Positions 36,913 through 45,683 of a stretch of DNA of 64,000 nucleotides are shown here, piece by piece. The DNA comes from Desulfobacterales bacterium (GTDB lineage Bacteria; Desulfobacterota; Desulfobacteria; Desulfobacterales; SURF-7). The stretch's first letter is position 1, and every line of letters starts with the position of its first letter. The DNA lies in assembly GCA_041740615.1 (NCBI GenBank), contig JBGSLR010000018.1, positions 67,379 through 131,378 on the forward strand, written 5' to 3'. Below the pieces are notes generated by a model that searched no databases, was not told the origin of the DNA, and saw nothing but the letters and a program-made list of their open reading frames with translations. A program made the position numbers and the translations under genes.

Positions 36913-37767
36913 ATGGGAATACGGAAAATGACGATGAAACCCCTGGATGTTGGTTTTTTAACCACCACACTCTTGCTGATCTTTGCGGCTCCCTGCTTTT
37001 CAGGCGCTTGGACCGCATCAAAAAATGGATTATACGACCGGTTGTCGTTCAACTACTACGATGCGGATGTAAATTTCAATGACGACGGCGATCCGTTCGA
37101 TTTCCCCGATAACGGGAAATTCCAGGATTTCAACATCGGCAACTATCTGGAATACGGCATTACCGACCGAATCACCCTCATCAACGCTCTTTACTACAAG
37201 TACCTCGTCAAGGAAGACGACACGCAACAACTGAAAACCTATCGCATCGGCGACATCGACCTGGGCGTAAAATGGAAAGCCTTTGAAGGGGATATCGGTG
37301 TCGTTGCGGCGCAGGGACTGGTGAAAATTCCGGAAGCGTACGATCAAGACGAGGCATTACCGGTTGGGAACGGGCAGTACGACCTCGAACTGAGGCTTCT
37401 ATACGGCAGATCCCTTTATCCCCTGATCCCCGGTTACTACAATGTTGAAATGGGATACCGTTGGCGTTTTGAAGACCCTTCCGATGAATTTCGCTACCTG
37501 GTCGAATTCGGCATCGACTTCACGGAAAATGCCTACGGTCGCATCAAACTGGACGGTTTGTTCAGCATGGACAACGGCGAGCATCGCGATGTGATCGGCA
37601 ACCCGACGACAACCAACAACTTTGATATCGGGAAACTGGACCTGGTGGTCGGTTATATGATTTCGAAAACCTGGGGACTGGAAATGGGATACACACCCGC
37701 CATTTACGGCCGGAATACGTCCAAGGGGGCAACCTATACGGCTGCATTTTTTTTCAGAATACCTTAG
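36913..37767 (+). CDS. Putative outer-membrane beta-barrel protein
   Basis: It has a signal peptide (LLLIFAAPCFSGA) and alternating amphipathic strands rich in Y, G and D. It starts 24 nt downstream of the rhodanese gene behind a GGAAGG RBS. Confidence 0.5.
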   Translation: MGIRKMTMKPLDVGFLTTTLLLIFAAPCFSGAWTASKNGLYDRLSFNYYDADVNFNDDGDPFDFPDNGKFQDFNIGNYLEYGITDRITLINALYYKYLVKEDDTQQLKTYRIGDIDLGVKWKAFEGDIGVVAAQGLVKIPEAYDQDEALPVGNGQYDLELRLLYGRSLYPLIPGYYNVEMGYRWRFEDPSDEFRYLVEFGIDFTENAYGRIKLDGLFSMDNGEHRDVIGNPTTTNNFDIGKLDLVVGYMISKTWGLEMGYTPAIYGRNTSKGATYTAAFFFRIP

Positions 37768-38137
37768 CGTATCCCATCCGGAAATGACATCGTTGACTGC
37801 ATGCAAGGGTTTCCTCTCGACAGCCAGGCATCTTTGCTTTATTTCCAAGTCGTTGCTGAGTTACCAGAACCTAATCTAACAGACGAATCGTTATCACTGC
37901 CCATAACCGATGTTCCCATCCATTTTGTTGTCTATGCTTCGGATTGTTCAACGACTTAACCAATCTATTATTGCCAAGATAACGACCTATTGAATCAGCC
38001 CCCCCTTCCCTCTTTACAAGCCGGACGAAAGCCGTTATGGTAATTGATGCAGGATTTATTGATCAGAAATCGACATCCGATTCGTTTTGATTGGAATGTG
38101 AGATAATTCAGGATTGAACAAGGAAAGGAACCAACCA

Positions 38138-38614
38138 ATGAGTTACGACTTTAACGCCGCCGATATTATGGAAATGGCCGTACAAATGGAGAAAAACGGA
38201 GCGAAATTTTACCGCACATTTGCCGACAAGATGAACGACCAGGAAGCGAAAAAACTACTGTTGGAGCTGGCGGCGATGGAAGATGAACATGAAAAGACGT
38301 TTTCGGCCATCAAAAGAACTCTCTCGAATCAGGAAAAAGAATCGACGGTTTTCGATCCGGATGGTGAGGCCGGTCAATATCTTCGTGCCCTGACGGATAT
38401 CCGTGTCTTCTATAAAAAGGAAATGCCTGTTGATTCTCTGCGGGATGTTCTGAAATCCGCCATCGATGCGGAAAAGGACTCCATCGTCTTTTACCTGGGC
38501 CTGAAGGAGATGGTCCCGGAAAAATTGGGCCGCAACCGGATCGACCAGGTGATCAAGGAGGAGATGGATCACGTGCGCTCCCTGAGCAGAAAACTGGTGG
38601 CACTCCCCAAATAA
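38138..38614 (+). CDS. Ferritin-like / rubrerythrin-family diiron protein
   Basis: It has paired ExxH motifs (AAMEDEHEKTF and IKEEMDHVRSL) in a four-helix pattern. The ATG at 38138 follows AAGGAAAGGA. Confidence 0.7.
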   Translation: MSYDFNAADIMEMAVQMEKNGAKFYRTFADKMNDQEAKKLLLELAAMEDEHEKTFSAIKRTLSNQEKESTVFDPDGEAGQYLRALTDIRVFYKKEMPVDSLRDVLKSAIDAEKDSIVFYLGLKEMVPEKLGRNRIDQVIKEEMDHVRSLSRKLVALPK

Positions 38615-38834
38615 CCATCGATCCCGCCTCCCGTTCCACGAGAACGATGTCGAAAACGGTATGGATGCGCTGCCCCGTGATTCACGAGCACGAAGGTTCA
38701 CCATGTACCCTTCGTGCCCGTGGGGAACATGGCACCGGCATTCGATGCGCACCCCTTTTCACCACCTGCCGTGCCTTTGGCTCGGTGTTTGGGAGAGACG
38801 GTGTTCTTTCCCGATGATCGAAATGGGCTGGAAC

Positions 38835-39527
38835 TCAATTATCCGTCATTTTGCCGGAATCGGAAAGCGCTTTGAGACCCACAAGGTCGAGAAGATGGAT
38901 ATTGCGACCTTTCACAAGAATCAACTCCTGTGCGCTCATCTTGGCCAGCATTCGCGACAACGTTTCCGGAATGGTTCCCAACAAACTTGCCAGCTGACCC
39001 TTTGAAATGGAGAGGGTGACGACTTTCCGGTTACGCTGCTCCTCTGACAGATATAACAGATAGGCAGCCAAACGACCGGGGACTTCCTTGAGGGACAGAT
39101 TTTCGATCTGGACCGTGAACTGCCGCAACCGCATGGCCAAAACGGCCAGCATGTTCAGCGCCAGAGAAGGATGGGTGGCGATCAAATCCACGAATGCGCC
39201 TCTTGGGAAAAACAACATCCGGCTCTTTTTAAGGGCCAAGGCCGAAGCCGGAAATTTCTGACCGGAAAAAACCGGCACTTCTCCAATGGGTTCGCCCCCG
39301 CTGAAAATATGAAGGATCTGTTCTTTTCCTTCCGTGGATACTTTGAACACTTTTATAAGTCCGTCAACCACGACGTAAAAACCGTCGCCGTTGTCGCCTT
39401 CGCTGAAAATCATCTCCTCGCGCTGGTATTCCTTTGCGATGACGATGGCGGCGATATCGGCAAGTTGATCTTCCGGAAGCCCTTGAAACAGGGATGTTTC
39501 GGCTAAAATGCCAAGGACGTTTTTCAT
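38835..39527 (-). CDS. Crp/Fnr-family transcriptional regulator (HcpR-like by context)
   Basis: It has a cNMP-like sensor domain (FSEGDNGDGFYVVVDGLIKVF) and a C-terminal HTH (SKGQLASLLGTIPETLSRMLAKM). The ATG at 39527 follows AAGGAGA. It is divergent from hcp. Confidence 0.8.
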   Translation of the reverse strand: MKNVLGILAETSLFQGLPEDQLADIAAIVIAKEYQREEMIFSEGDNGDGFYVVVDGLIKVFKVSTEGKEQILHIFSGGEPIGEVPVFSGQKFPASALALKKSRMLFFPRGAFVDLIATHPSLALNMLAVLAMRLRQFTVQIENLSLKEVPGRLAAYLLYLSEEQRNRKVVTLSISKGQLASLLGTIPETLSRMLAKMSAQELILVKGRNIHLLDLVGLKALSDSGKMTDN

Positions 39528-39572
39528 CTGGATCTCCTTCATTTTAAAAAAAATATCAATTACCACGAGGAT

Positions 39573-39586
39573 TTGACCTAAGTCAA
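39573..39586. promoter_or_regulatory. Crp/Fnr-type palindromic box in the hcpR-hcp divergent region
   Basis: TTGAC-ctaa-GTCAA is a perfect 5-4-5 palindrome. A TAGAAA -10-like hexamer (39609..39614) sits at class-II spacing towards hcp. Confidence 0.5.
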
Positions 39587-39682
39587 GGTCATGCCGGATG
39601 ATTACCGGTAGAAAGGGGGCAACGATCGAAAACGGCAACAACCATTTGACAGGATCATATATCAACCGAAAGGAGAGAAAAC

Positions 39683-41311
39683 ATGTTTTGTTATCAATGC
39701 GAACAAACAAGCAAGGGCGAAGGGTGCACCAAAATCGGCGTATGCGGGAAACAACCGGATGTGGCGGCTTTGCAGGATGCCCTCATGTATGCCATCAAAG
39801 GACTTTCCATCGTGGCGCTGGAAGGCAGACGGGTCGGTGTGGTGGACGAGGCCGTCGACCGATTGACCTGTGAAGCGGTTTTCTCCACCCTGACCAATGT
39901 CGATTTTGACCCGGAGCGTTTCGTCGCGCTGATCCACAAAAGCGTGGCAGCCCGGAAAGCGCTGACGGAGAAAGTCAAAAGCGCCGGCGGGAATAGCGAT
40001 TTCGCAGATCCGGCTGCGGCATTCCAACCGGATAGTACGACCGCCGGCCTGGTAGCCCAGGGTGAAAAAGTCGGCATCCTCTCCGATCCATCCCTCAATG
40101 CGGATATCCGTTCCCTGCGGGAGCTCTTGACATACGGGATTAAAGGACTTGCCGCATACGCGGATCATGCGGCCATTCTGGGAAAAAGCGACCCCGCCGT
40201 ATTTGCTTTTATCTATGAAGGCCTGGCGGCAACACTCAACAAGAGCCTGGGTGTAAATGAACTGGTGGGCCTGGCCCTGAAATGCGGTGAAATCAACCTG
40301 CGCGCCATGGAGTTGCTGGATGCCGCCAATACCGGCGCTTACGGCCATCCGGTCCCCACTTCGGTACCGCTGGGTGTGAAGCAAGGCAAAGCGATCCTCG
40401 TATCCGGCCATGATCTGAAGGACCTGGAGCTGATCCTGAAACAGAGCGCCGGCAAGGGCATCCATGTCTATACCCATGGAGAAATGCTGCCCTGCCACGG
40501 ATATCCGGAACTGAAAAAGTATCCGCATTTTTACGGTCACTACGGCACGGCCTGGCAGAATCAGGCCAAAGAATTCGAAGCTTTCCCCGGGGCCATCCTG
40601 ATGACCACCAACTGCATTCAAAAACCCCGGGACAGCTATCAGAATCATATCTTCACCACCGGACTGGTGGGCTGGCCGGGCGTCGCGCATATTGCCGACA
40701 AGAATTTCACCCCGGTCATTGACAAGGCACTCTCCATGCCGGGATTCCCGGCAGATTCGGCCGGCAAATCCGTCATGGTGGGTTTTGCCCGCAATGCAGT
40801 CCTGGGAGTGGCCGGACAGGTGATTGACGCCGTGAAGAGCAAGGCCATCCGGCATTTCTTTCTGGTGGCCGGCTGCGACGGCGCCAAACCGGGACGCAAT
40901 TACTATACGGAGTTTGTGGAAAAAATACCCAAGGATTGTGTAGTGCTGACCCTGGCCTGCGGCAAATTCCGTTTCTTTGACCAGGATCTCGGCGATATCG
41001 GCGGAATTCCACGCCTTCTTGATGTCGGACAATGCAACGATGCCTATTCAGCCGTGAAGATTGCCGTAGCCCTGGCAGGCGCCTTCGACTGCGGCGTGAA
41101 CGATCTGCCCCTTTCCATGGTGCTGTCCTGGTATGAGCAGAAAGCCTGCGTCATCCTGCTTAGCCTGTTGCATCTGGGAATCAAGAACATCCGCCTGGGG
41201 CCCTCTCTGCCGGCGTTTATCACCCCCAACGTGCTGGATGTACTGGTGAAGAACTTCAATATTATGCCGATCAAAACACCGGATGAGGACCTGAAGGCGA
41301 TCCTGGGATAA
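39683..41311 (+). CDS. hcp: Hybrid-cluster protein / hydroxylamine reductase
   Basis: The N-terminal motif is MFCYQCEQTSKGEGCTKIGVCGK and collinearity with Hcp runs the full length. An AGGAGAGA RBS precedes the start. Confidence 0.95.
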   Translation: MFCYQCEQTSKGEGCTKIGVCGKQPDVAALQDALMYAIKGLSIVALEGRRVGVVDEAVDRLTCEAVFSTLTNVDFDPERFVALIHKSVAARKALTEKVKSAGGNSDFADPAAAFQPDSTTAGLVAQGEKVGILSDPSLNADIRSLRELLTYGIKGLAAYADHAAILGKSDPAVFAFIYEGLAATLNKSLGVNELVGLALKCGEINLRAMELLDAANTGAYGHPVPTSVPLGVKQGKAILVSGHDLKDLELILKQSAGKGIHVYTHGEMLPCHGYPELKKYPHFYGHYGTAWQNQAKEFEAFPGAILMTTNCIQKPRDSYQNHIFTTGLVGWPGVAHIADKNFTPVIDKALSMPGFPADSAGKSVMVGFARNAVLGVAGQVIDAVKSKAIRHFFLVAGCDGAKPGRNYYTEFVEKIPKDCVVLTLACGKFRFFDQDLGDIGGIPRLLDVGQCNDAYSAVKIAVALAGAFDCGVNDLPLSMVLSWYEQKACVILLSLLHLGIKNIRLGPSLPAFITPNVLDVLVKNFNIMPIKTPDEDLKAILG

Positions 41312-41422
41312 TCTACGGGGTTGTCGGATGACAAGGAATGGTTTGATGATTACGGTTATCATGTGTCCATCCACCGAGGTGGATGGACACTGGAACCAAA
41401 CAGCAAGGATCGGAGGTGCCGG

Positions 41423-42151
41423 ATGAAATGCCCGGGACAGGACAGCAGATATTGGAAAAAAGGTGCGATTTTCGAATCCAACTGCCCCAAGTGCAACAGC
41501 GTAGTGGAGTTCTTCAAAGATGACCCGGCCAGAAAATGTTCCCGTTGCGGCCATCGTTTTCTGAACCCCAATATGGATTTCGGCTGCGCCTCCTATTGTG
41601 AATTCGCCGAGCAATGCATCGGCAATTTACCGCCGGAACTGATTGCCCAGAAGGAAAACCTGTTGAAAGACCGGGTGGCGGTGGAAATGAAAAAATATTT
41701 TCATACCGACTTCAAACGAATCGGGCATGCCATGCGGGTGGCCCGCTATGCGGAAAACATCGGTAAGAAGGAAGGGGGCAACCTCGCCGTCATACTGGCG
41801 GCGGCCTATCTGCACGATATCGGTATCCACGAAGCCGAACGCAAATACAACAGCACCGCCGCGACTTACCAGGAACAGGAAGGTCCGCCGATTGCAAGAT
41901 CGATTCTGGAAAAACTGGGCGCGAGGCCGGAATTGATAGATGAAGTCTGCGACATTGTCGCCCATCATCATCATCCCCGACCGGAGGAGACGACCAATTT
42001 CAAAGTACTCTACGATGCGGATCTGATCACGAATTTGGAAGAAAACCACAAGGAGAGTTCCATCGAGCCGGAGAAGCGGAGCCGGATTCTCGAGCGATCC
42101 TTCTTAACCGTCGCCGGAAGAGAAGAAGCGACCATCCGACTGGCCGGATAG
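41423..42151 (+). CDS. Zinc-ribbon + HD-domain phosphohydrolase
   Basis: The N-terminus has MKCPGQ..CPKCNS..CSRCGH and CASYCEFAEQC. The HD motif reads AAAYLHDIGI..AHHHH. A GGAGG RBS lies 6 nt upstream of the ATG at 41423. Confidence 0.75.
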   Translation: MKCPGQDSRYWKKGAIFESNCPKCNSVVEFFKDDPARKCSRCGHRFLNPNMDFGCASYCEFAEQCIGNLPPELIAQKENLLKDRVAVEMKKYFHTDFKRIGHAMRVARYAENIGKKEGGNLAVILAAAYLHDIGIHEAERKYNSTAATYQEQEGPPIARSILEKLGARPELIDEVCDIVAHHHHPRPEETTNFKVLYDADLITNLEENHKESSIEPEKRSRILERSFLTVAGREEATIRLAG

Positions 42152-42294
42152 CCGGAAGGAAGCATTTCTTTGCCACAAAAAAACAGGTCCGGGAGGTCGA
42201 CAGGTCGCTGCGGAGAGCGAACCGGGCTCCTGAACTTTCCGACCTCCGTTGTAAAAACCAGAAATTCAAAAATAATCAAGGGGGTTGCACAACC

Positions 42295-43044
42295 ATGAAA
42301 ATCAAACGAAAAATAATCCAGATAGATGACGAGCGCTGTGACGGATGCGGTCAATGCGTTCCCTCCTGCGCCGAGGGCGCCATTCAAGTCATCGATGGCA
42401 AAGCCAAAGTGATCGAGGACCGCTTCTGTGACGGACTGGGCGCCTGCCTGGGAGAATGTCCCAATGACGCCCTGCATATCATTGAACGGCAGGCGGATGA
42501 ATTTGATGAGGCCGCAGTGGAGGAACATCTGTCCCGCTTCCCAAAATCCATCCCAAATCCGGCGCCGACCATGGCCTGCGGCTGCCCCTCGACCCATATC
42601 CAATCCTTTGCACCGCGGACGCCTTGCCAAGCGGCCAATGCCCCCAAGGATCTCCCTGGCGAGAATTCCGCCCTTACCCACTGGCCGGTGCAGATTCGGC
42701 TCGTTCCGCCGAACGCACCGTTTCTGAAAAACGCCGACCTCTTGATTCTGGCGGACTGCGCACCGGTGGCCTACCCGAACTTGCACCGGGATTTTCTGAA
42801 GGGCAAAGTGGTGCTGCTGGGATGCCCCAAATTCGATGATGTGGAAGCCTATATCGAAAAATTCACCGATATTTTCAAAACAGCGAACCCCAAGAGCATC
42901 ACCACCGTTTTCATGGAAGTGCCCTGTTGCGGGGGATTGCCCGTGATCGTACGGAAAGCGCTGGACGCCGCTGGAAAACGGATTCCCCACCAAACGGTCG
43001 TCATCGGCTGCCGGGGGAAGATATTGGAACAATACGCCGCCTAA
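42295..43044 (+). CDS. Hcp-associated 4Fe-4S ferredoxin-domain protein (FrdX-like)
   Basis: The N-terminus has CDGCGQCVPSCA and CDGLGACLGECP. The C-terminal domain has ADCAPVAY..LGCPKFDD..EVPCCGG. Confidence 0.75.
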   Translation: MKIKRKIIQIDDERCDGCGQCVPSCAEGAIQVIDGKAKVIEDRFCDGLGACLGECPNDALHIIERQADEFDEAAVEEHLSRFPKSIPNPAPTMACGCPSTHIQSFAPRTPCQAANAPKDLPGENSALTHWPVQIRLVPPNAPFLKNADLLILADCAPVAYPNLHRDFLKGKVVLLGCPKFDDVEAYIEKFTDIFKTANPKSITTVFMEVPCCGGLPVIVRKALDAAGKRIPHQTVVIGCRGKILEQYAA

Positions 43045-43290
43045 CCATAAATGGGCCTGATTTGATATCGATGCATATCCACAAAAAGGAACAGCGGCAT
43101 TCACACGGCTTCGCCATCGATTATGAGGGCGCGGAAAAGCGGACCACCCATGTTCCGAACCTCTCGCATGTGCTGATCGAAGTCAATGCGCTGGAATAAT
43201 ATTCCTCAATTGAGCAAGATCATACCATACGAAAAGCGCGATCGAGCGTACACAGGCCTTTCTCAACAGTCAAGCACGGAGCAGTGAGTT

Positions 43291-43977
43291 CTATTTTACG
43301 CCATTCTCAATCGTCTGGCGAACATGGGGGTAAAGTTGATCGACAACTTTCCGGTATCCGTCGGCATTGGGATGAATTCCATCCGACTGCATCCGGGTTG
43401 GATCGCCGGCAACCCCCTCCAATAAGAACGGGACGAAGAGGACGCCGTGTTTCCGGGCGATTTCCGGATAAATGCCGTCAAACTTCTTGGCATATTCCGG
43501 ATGGGTGGGGAAGAAGGATTTCACGCCAACCAGAATGACTTGGATGTGGTGTCGCTCGATCATGGAAAGGGTGCGGTCCAGATTCATGCGCAGCACGTCG
43601 GGATTGATACCGCGCATGCCGTCATTGGCCCCGGTACAGAGAATGATGATATCCGGGTTCAAAGACGAAATTACCTGTTGAATTCGAAATAACGTACCGC
43701 TGCTGGTCTCTCCTCGAACGCCTTCATTGACAATCTTGAAGGCATAGCCGTCCTGCTGCAACCGCTGTGATAAAATGGCCGGATAAGAGTCGTCCGTTGG
43801 AACGCCGGCGCCGTAAGTCAGGCTGTCGCCCACTGCGGCGATGATTCCCCGACCGGTCGCCGGCGCATCCGCAGCCATCTTCGTCCGCTCATCGGTCTCC
43901 CGATCCGGCTGGCATGCAGGAACAATTACAATACAACTAATCGTAATTATAATATATGTAACTATACCGTTACGCAT
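43291..43977 (-). CDS. SGNH/GDSL hydrolase (TesA/arylesterase-like) lipoprotein
   Basis: It has a lipobox (IVPAC), block I (AAVGDSLTYG), GANDG and the DGIHPN catalytic block. Confidence 0.8.
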   Translation of the reverse strand: MRNGIVTYIIITISCIVIVPACQPDRETDERTKMAADAPATGRGIIAAVGDSLTYGAGVPTDDSYPAILSQRLQQDGYAFKIVNEGVRGETSSGTLFRIQQVISSLNPDIIILCTGANDGMRGINPDVLRMNLDRTLSMIERHHIQVILVGVKSFFPTHPEYAKKFDGIYPEIARKHGVLFVPFLLEGVAGDPTRMQSDGIHPNADGYRKVVDQLYPHVRQTIENGVK

Positions 43978-44202
43978 CGTCCTGCTTGTATCGTGAAATA
44001 ACACATGGCCATTTCGGTCCGGAATCTCCCCTCTTTTCGAAAGCCACTATCGCTTGCCCATTGTATGGCTGCTTTTACTGGCGAATTCAAGTTTTTTATA
44101 GTAAAGGGTTTGAAGAATCCGTATGAGTGCCTATATTGTTCCAAAAGCGTGTACGATTCGATTGCCAATAAAATCAGATTACGGAACCGAAGGAGGTGTT
44201 GC

Positions 44203-44673
44203 ATGATGCGAAACAGGGCTTTTGGTGTATGGATATTGGGTTTTCTCCTTGCCGGCTTATGGAATCCGGCAGCTGCCGTTGCGGAAGACGCCGGCTTGGT
44301 CGGCCTGCTGACGCAAAAACTAGGGGTATCCGAGCCCCAGGCCCAGGGAGGTGCCGGTGCTATTTTTCAGCTCGCCAAACAAAACCTGGGGGCTGAAGAC
44401 TTTGCCGGAATTGAACAGGCGGTCCCGGGAATGGGCGGCATGCTGGCGGCCGCTCCCCAACTGGAAGAAAATTCGGGCCTTCTGGGCGGACTCTCCTCCC
44501 TGTTCGGCGGCGGGTCCAAAAAACTGGAAGGCATGTCCGCCTTGGCCGGCTCTTTTGAAAAGCTGGGTTTGAAGAGTGAGATGGTCGGGATGTTCATGCC
44601 CATCGTCCTGGATTATGTCAAAGAAAAAGGCGGCGAACAAGTAATGAACGTTCTTAAAGGCGCATTGAATTAA
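44203..44673 (+). CDS. DUF2780-family secreted protein
   Basis: It has a signal peptide and the family segment LVGLLTQKLGVSEPQAQGGAGAIFQLAKQNLGAEDF. An AGGAGG RBS precedes the ATG at 44203. Confidence 0.65.
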   Translation: MMRNRAFGVWILGFLLAGLWNPAAAVAEDAGLVGLLTQKLGVSEPQAQGGAGAIFQLAKQNLGAEDFAGIEQAVPGMGGMLAAAPQLEENSGLLGGLSSLFGGGSKKLEGMSALAGSFEKLGLKSEMVGMFMPIVLDYVKEKGGEQVMNVLKGALN

Positions 44674-44701
44674 CCAGCCATATCCAACGTGGAATCAATC
44701 G

Positions 44702-45484
44702 ATGCCGGACACCCCCATACGATACGAAGTAAACGACAGGATCGGCCGGATCACCTTCAACCGTCCCGACAACCGCAACAGCATGAACCGTGAAACCCTA
44801 CCGGTGTTTCAGGAGTTGATCCGGAAGGTTCGGGCGGACACCGCCCTTCGCTGCCTCGTGATCACAGGCAGCGGCAACACCTTTTGCGGAGGCGGCGATT
44901 TCAGAGACATTCCCGACATCCCGGAAGGACGGGCATTACATGAAATGCTCATGGACATGTATCGACCGTTTTTAGAGGTCGGCCACCTTGAAATTCCGGT
45001 CATTGCCGCCATGAACGGGCATGCCATCGGAGGCGGTCTTGGGCTTTCCCTCATGTGCGACATTCGAGTGGCCAACCGGACCGCCCGCTATGGGGTCAAC
45101 TTCGCCCGTCTGGGCATCCATTCCGGCATGGCCTTGTCCTATCTCCTGCCCAGACTGGTGGGGCTTCCCGTCGCCAATGAACTGCTCTTCACCGGCAGGA
45201 TCATCAGCGGCGAAAAGGCTGCCGCCATCGGACTGGTGAATTATGCCGTGGAGGAAGGCGAGGTATTGAACCAATCCCTCGAACTCGCCCGGGAAATCGC
45301 GGACGGCGCGCCGGCGGTGATTCGGATGATGAAACGCTCCGTCTATCGAAACCTTGACTGGGACCCGTTCAAGGCAGCGATGATGGAGTCCGTTTGCCAG
45401 GCCCTGACCTTTGGGACGGCCGATGCCAAAGAAGGTATTGGCGCCCTGCTGGAGAAGCGCAAACCGGATTTCCAGGGCCGTTGA
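44702..45484 (+). CDS. Enoyl-CoA hydratase/isomerase (crotonase) family protein
   Basis: It has crotonase-fold segments (ITFNRPDNRNSM, GGGDF, AAMNGHAIGGGLGLSLMCDIRVA). Confidence 0.85.
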   Translation: MPDTPIRYEVNDRIGRITFNRPDNRNSMNRETLPVFQELIRKVRADTALRCLVITGSGNTFCGGGDFRDIPDIPEGRALHEMLMDMYRPFLEVGHLEIPVIAAMNGHAIGGGLGLSLMCDIRVANRTARYGVNFARLGIHSGMALSYLLPRLVGLPVANELLFTGRIISGEKAAAIGLVNYAVEEGEVLNQSLELAREIADGAPAVIRMMKRSVYRNLDWDPFKAAMMESVCQALTFGTADAKEGIGALLEKRKPDFQGR

Positions 45485-45516
45485 AAATCAAATGTTACAC
45501 CAAATGGGAGTGAACA

Positions 45517-45606
45517 ATGACGGAACTTCTTATTTTTATCCTATTTATCGCGGTCTGGTTTTTACTGCAGGCCTATATTTTGCCCAAGTTTGGAATTTCA
45601 ACCTGA
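45517..45606 (+). CDS. Small single-TM peptide (29 aa), possibly extended to 45669 by UGA recoding
   Basis: A GGGAG RBS lies 6 nt upstream of the ATG. The product reads MTELLIFILFIAVWFLLQAYILPKFGIST followed by TGA. See the corresponding finding for the read-through option. Confidence 0.35.
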   Translation: MTELLIFILFIAVWFLLQAYILPKFGIST

Positions 45607-45683
45607 GTGAAGGACGCTTGTCAGGTGACGAGCAAAAAAAAAGCCGATTCTCGGAAGAATAACGGGTAACAATCACACAAACA

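Noticed and set aside
39662-43104. Antisense ORFs of 456 aa (39662..41032) and 364 aa (42010..43104).
   Set aside because: They lie opposite hcp and the FrdX-like ferredoxin gene, both of which are securely identified. They have no domain signatures.
43070-43198. A small ORF, MHIHKKEQRHSHGFAIDYEG..., downstream of the ferredoxin gene.
   Set aside because: It has no RBS and no recognisable family, and the region is short and intergenic. Evidence is insufficient.
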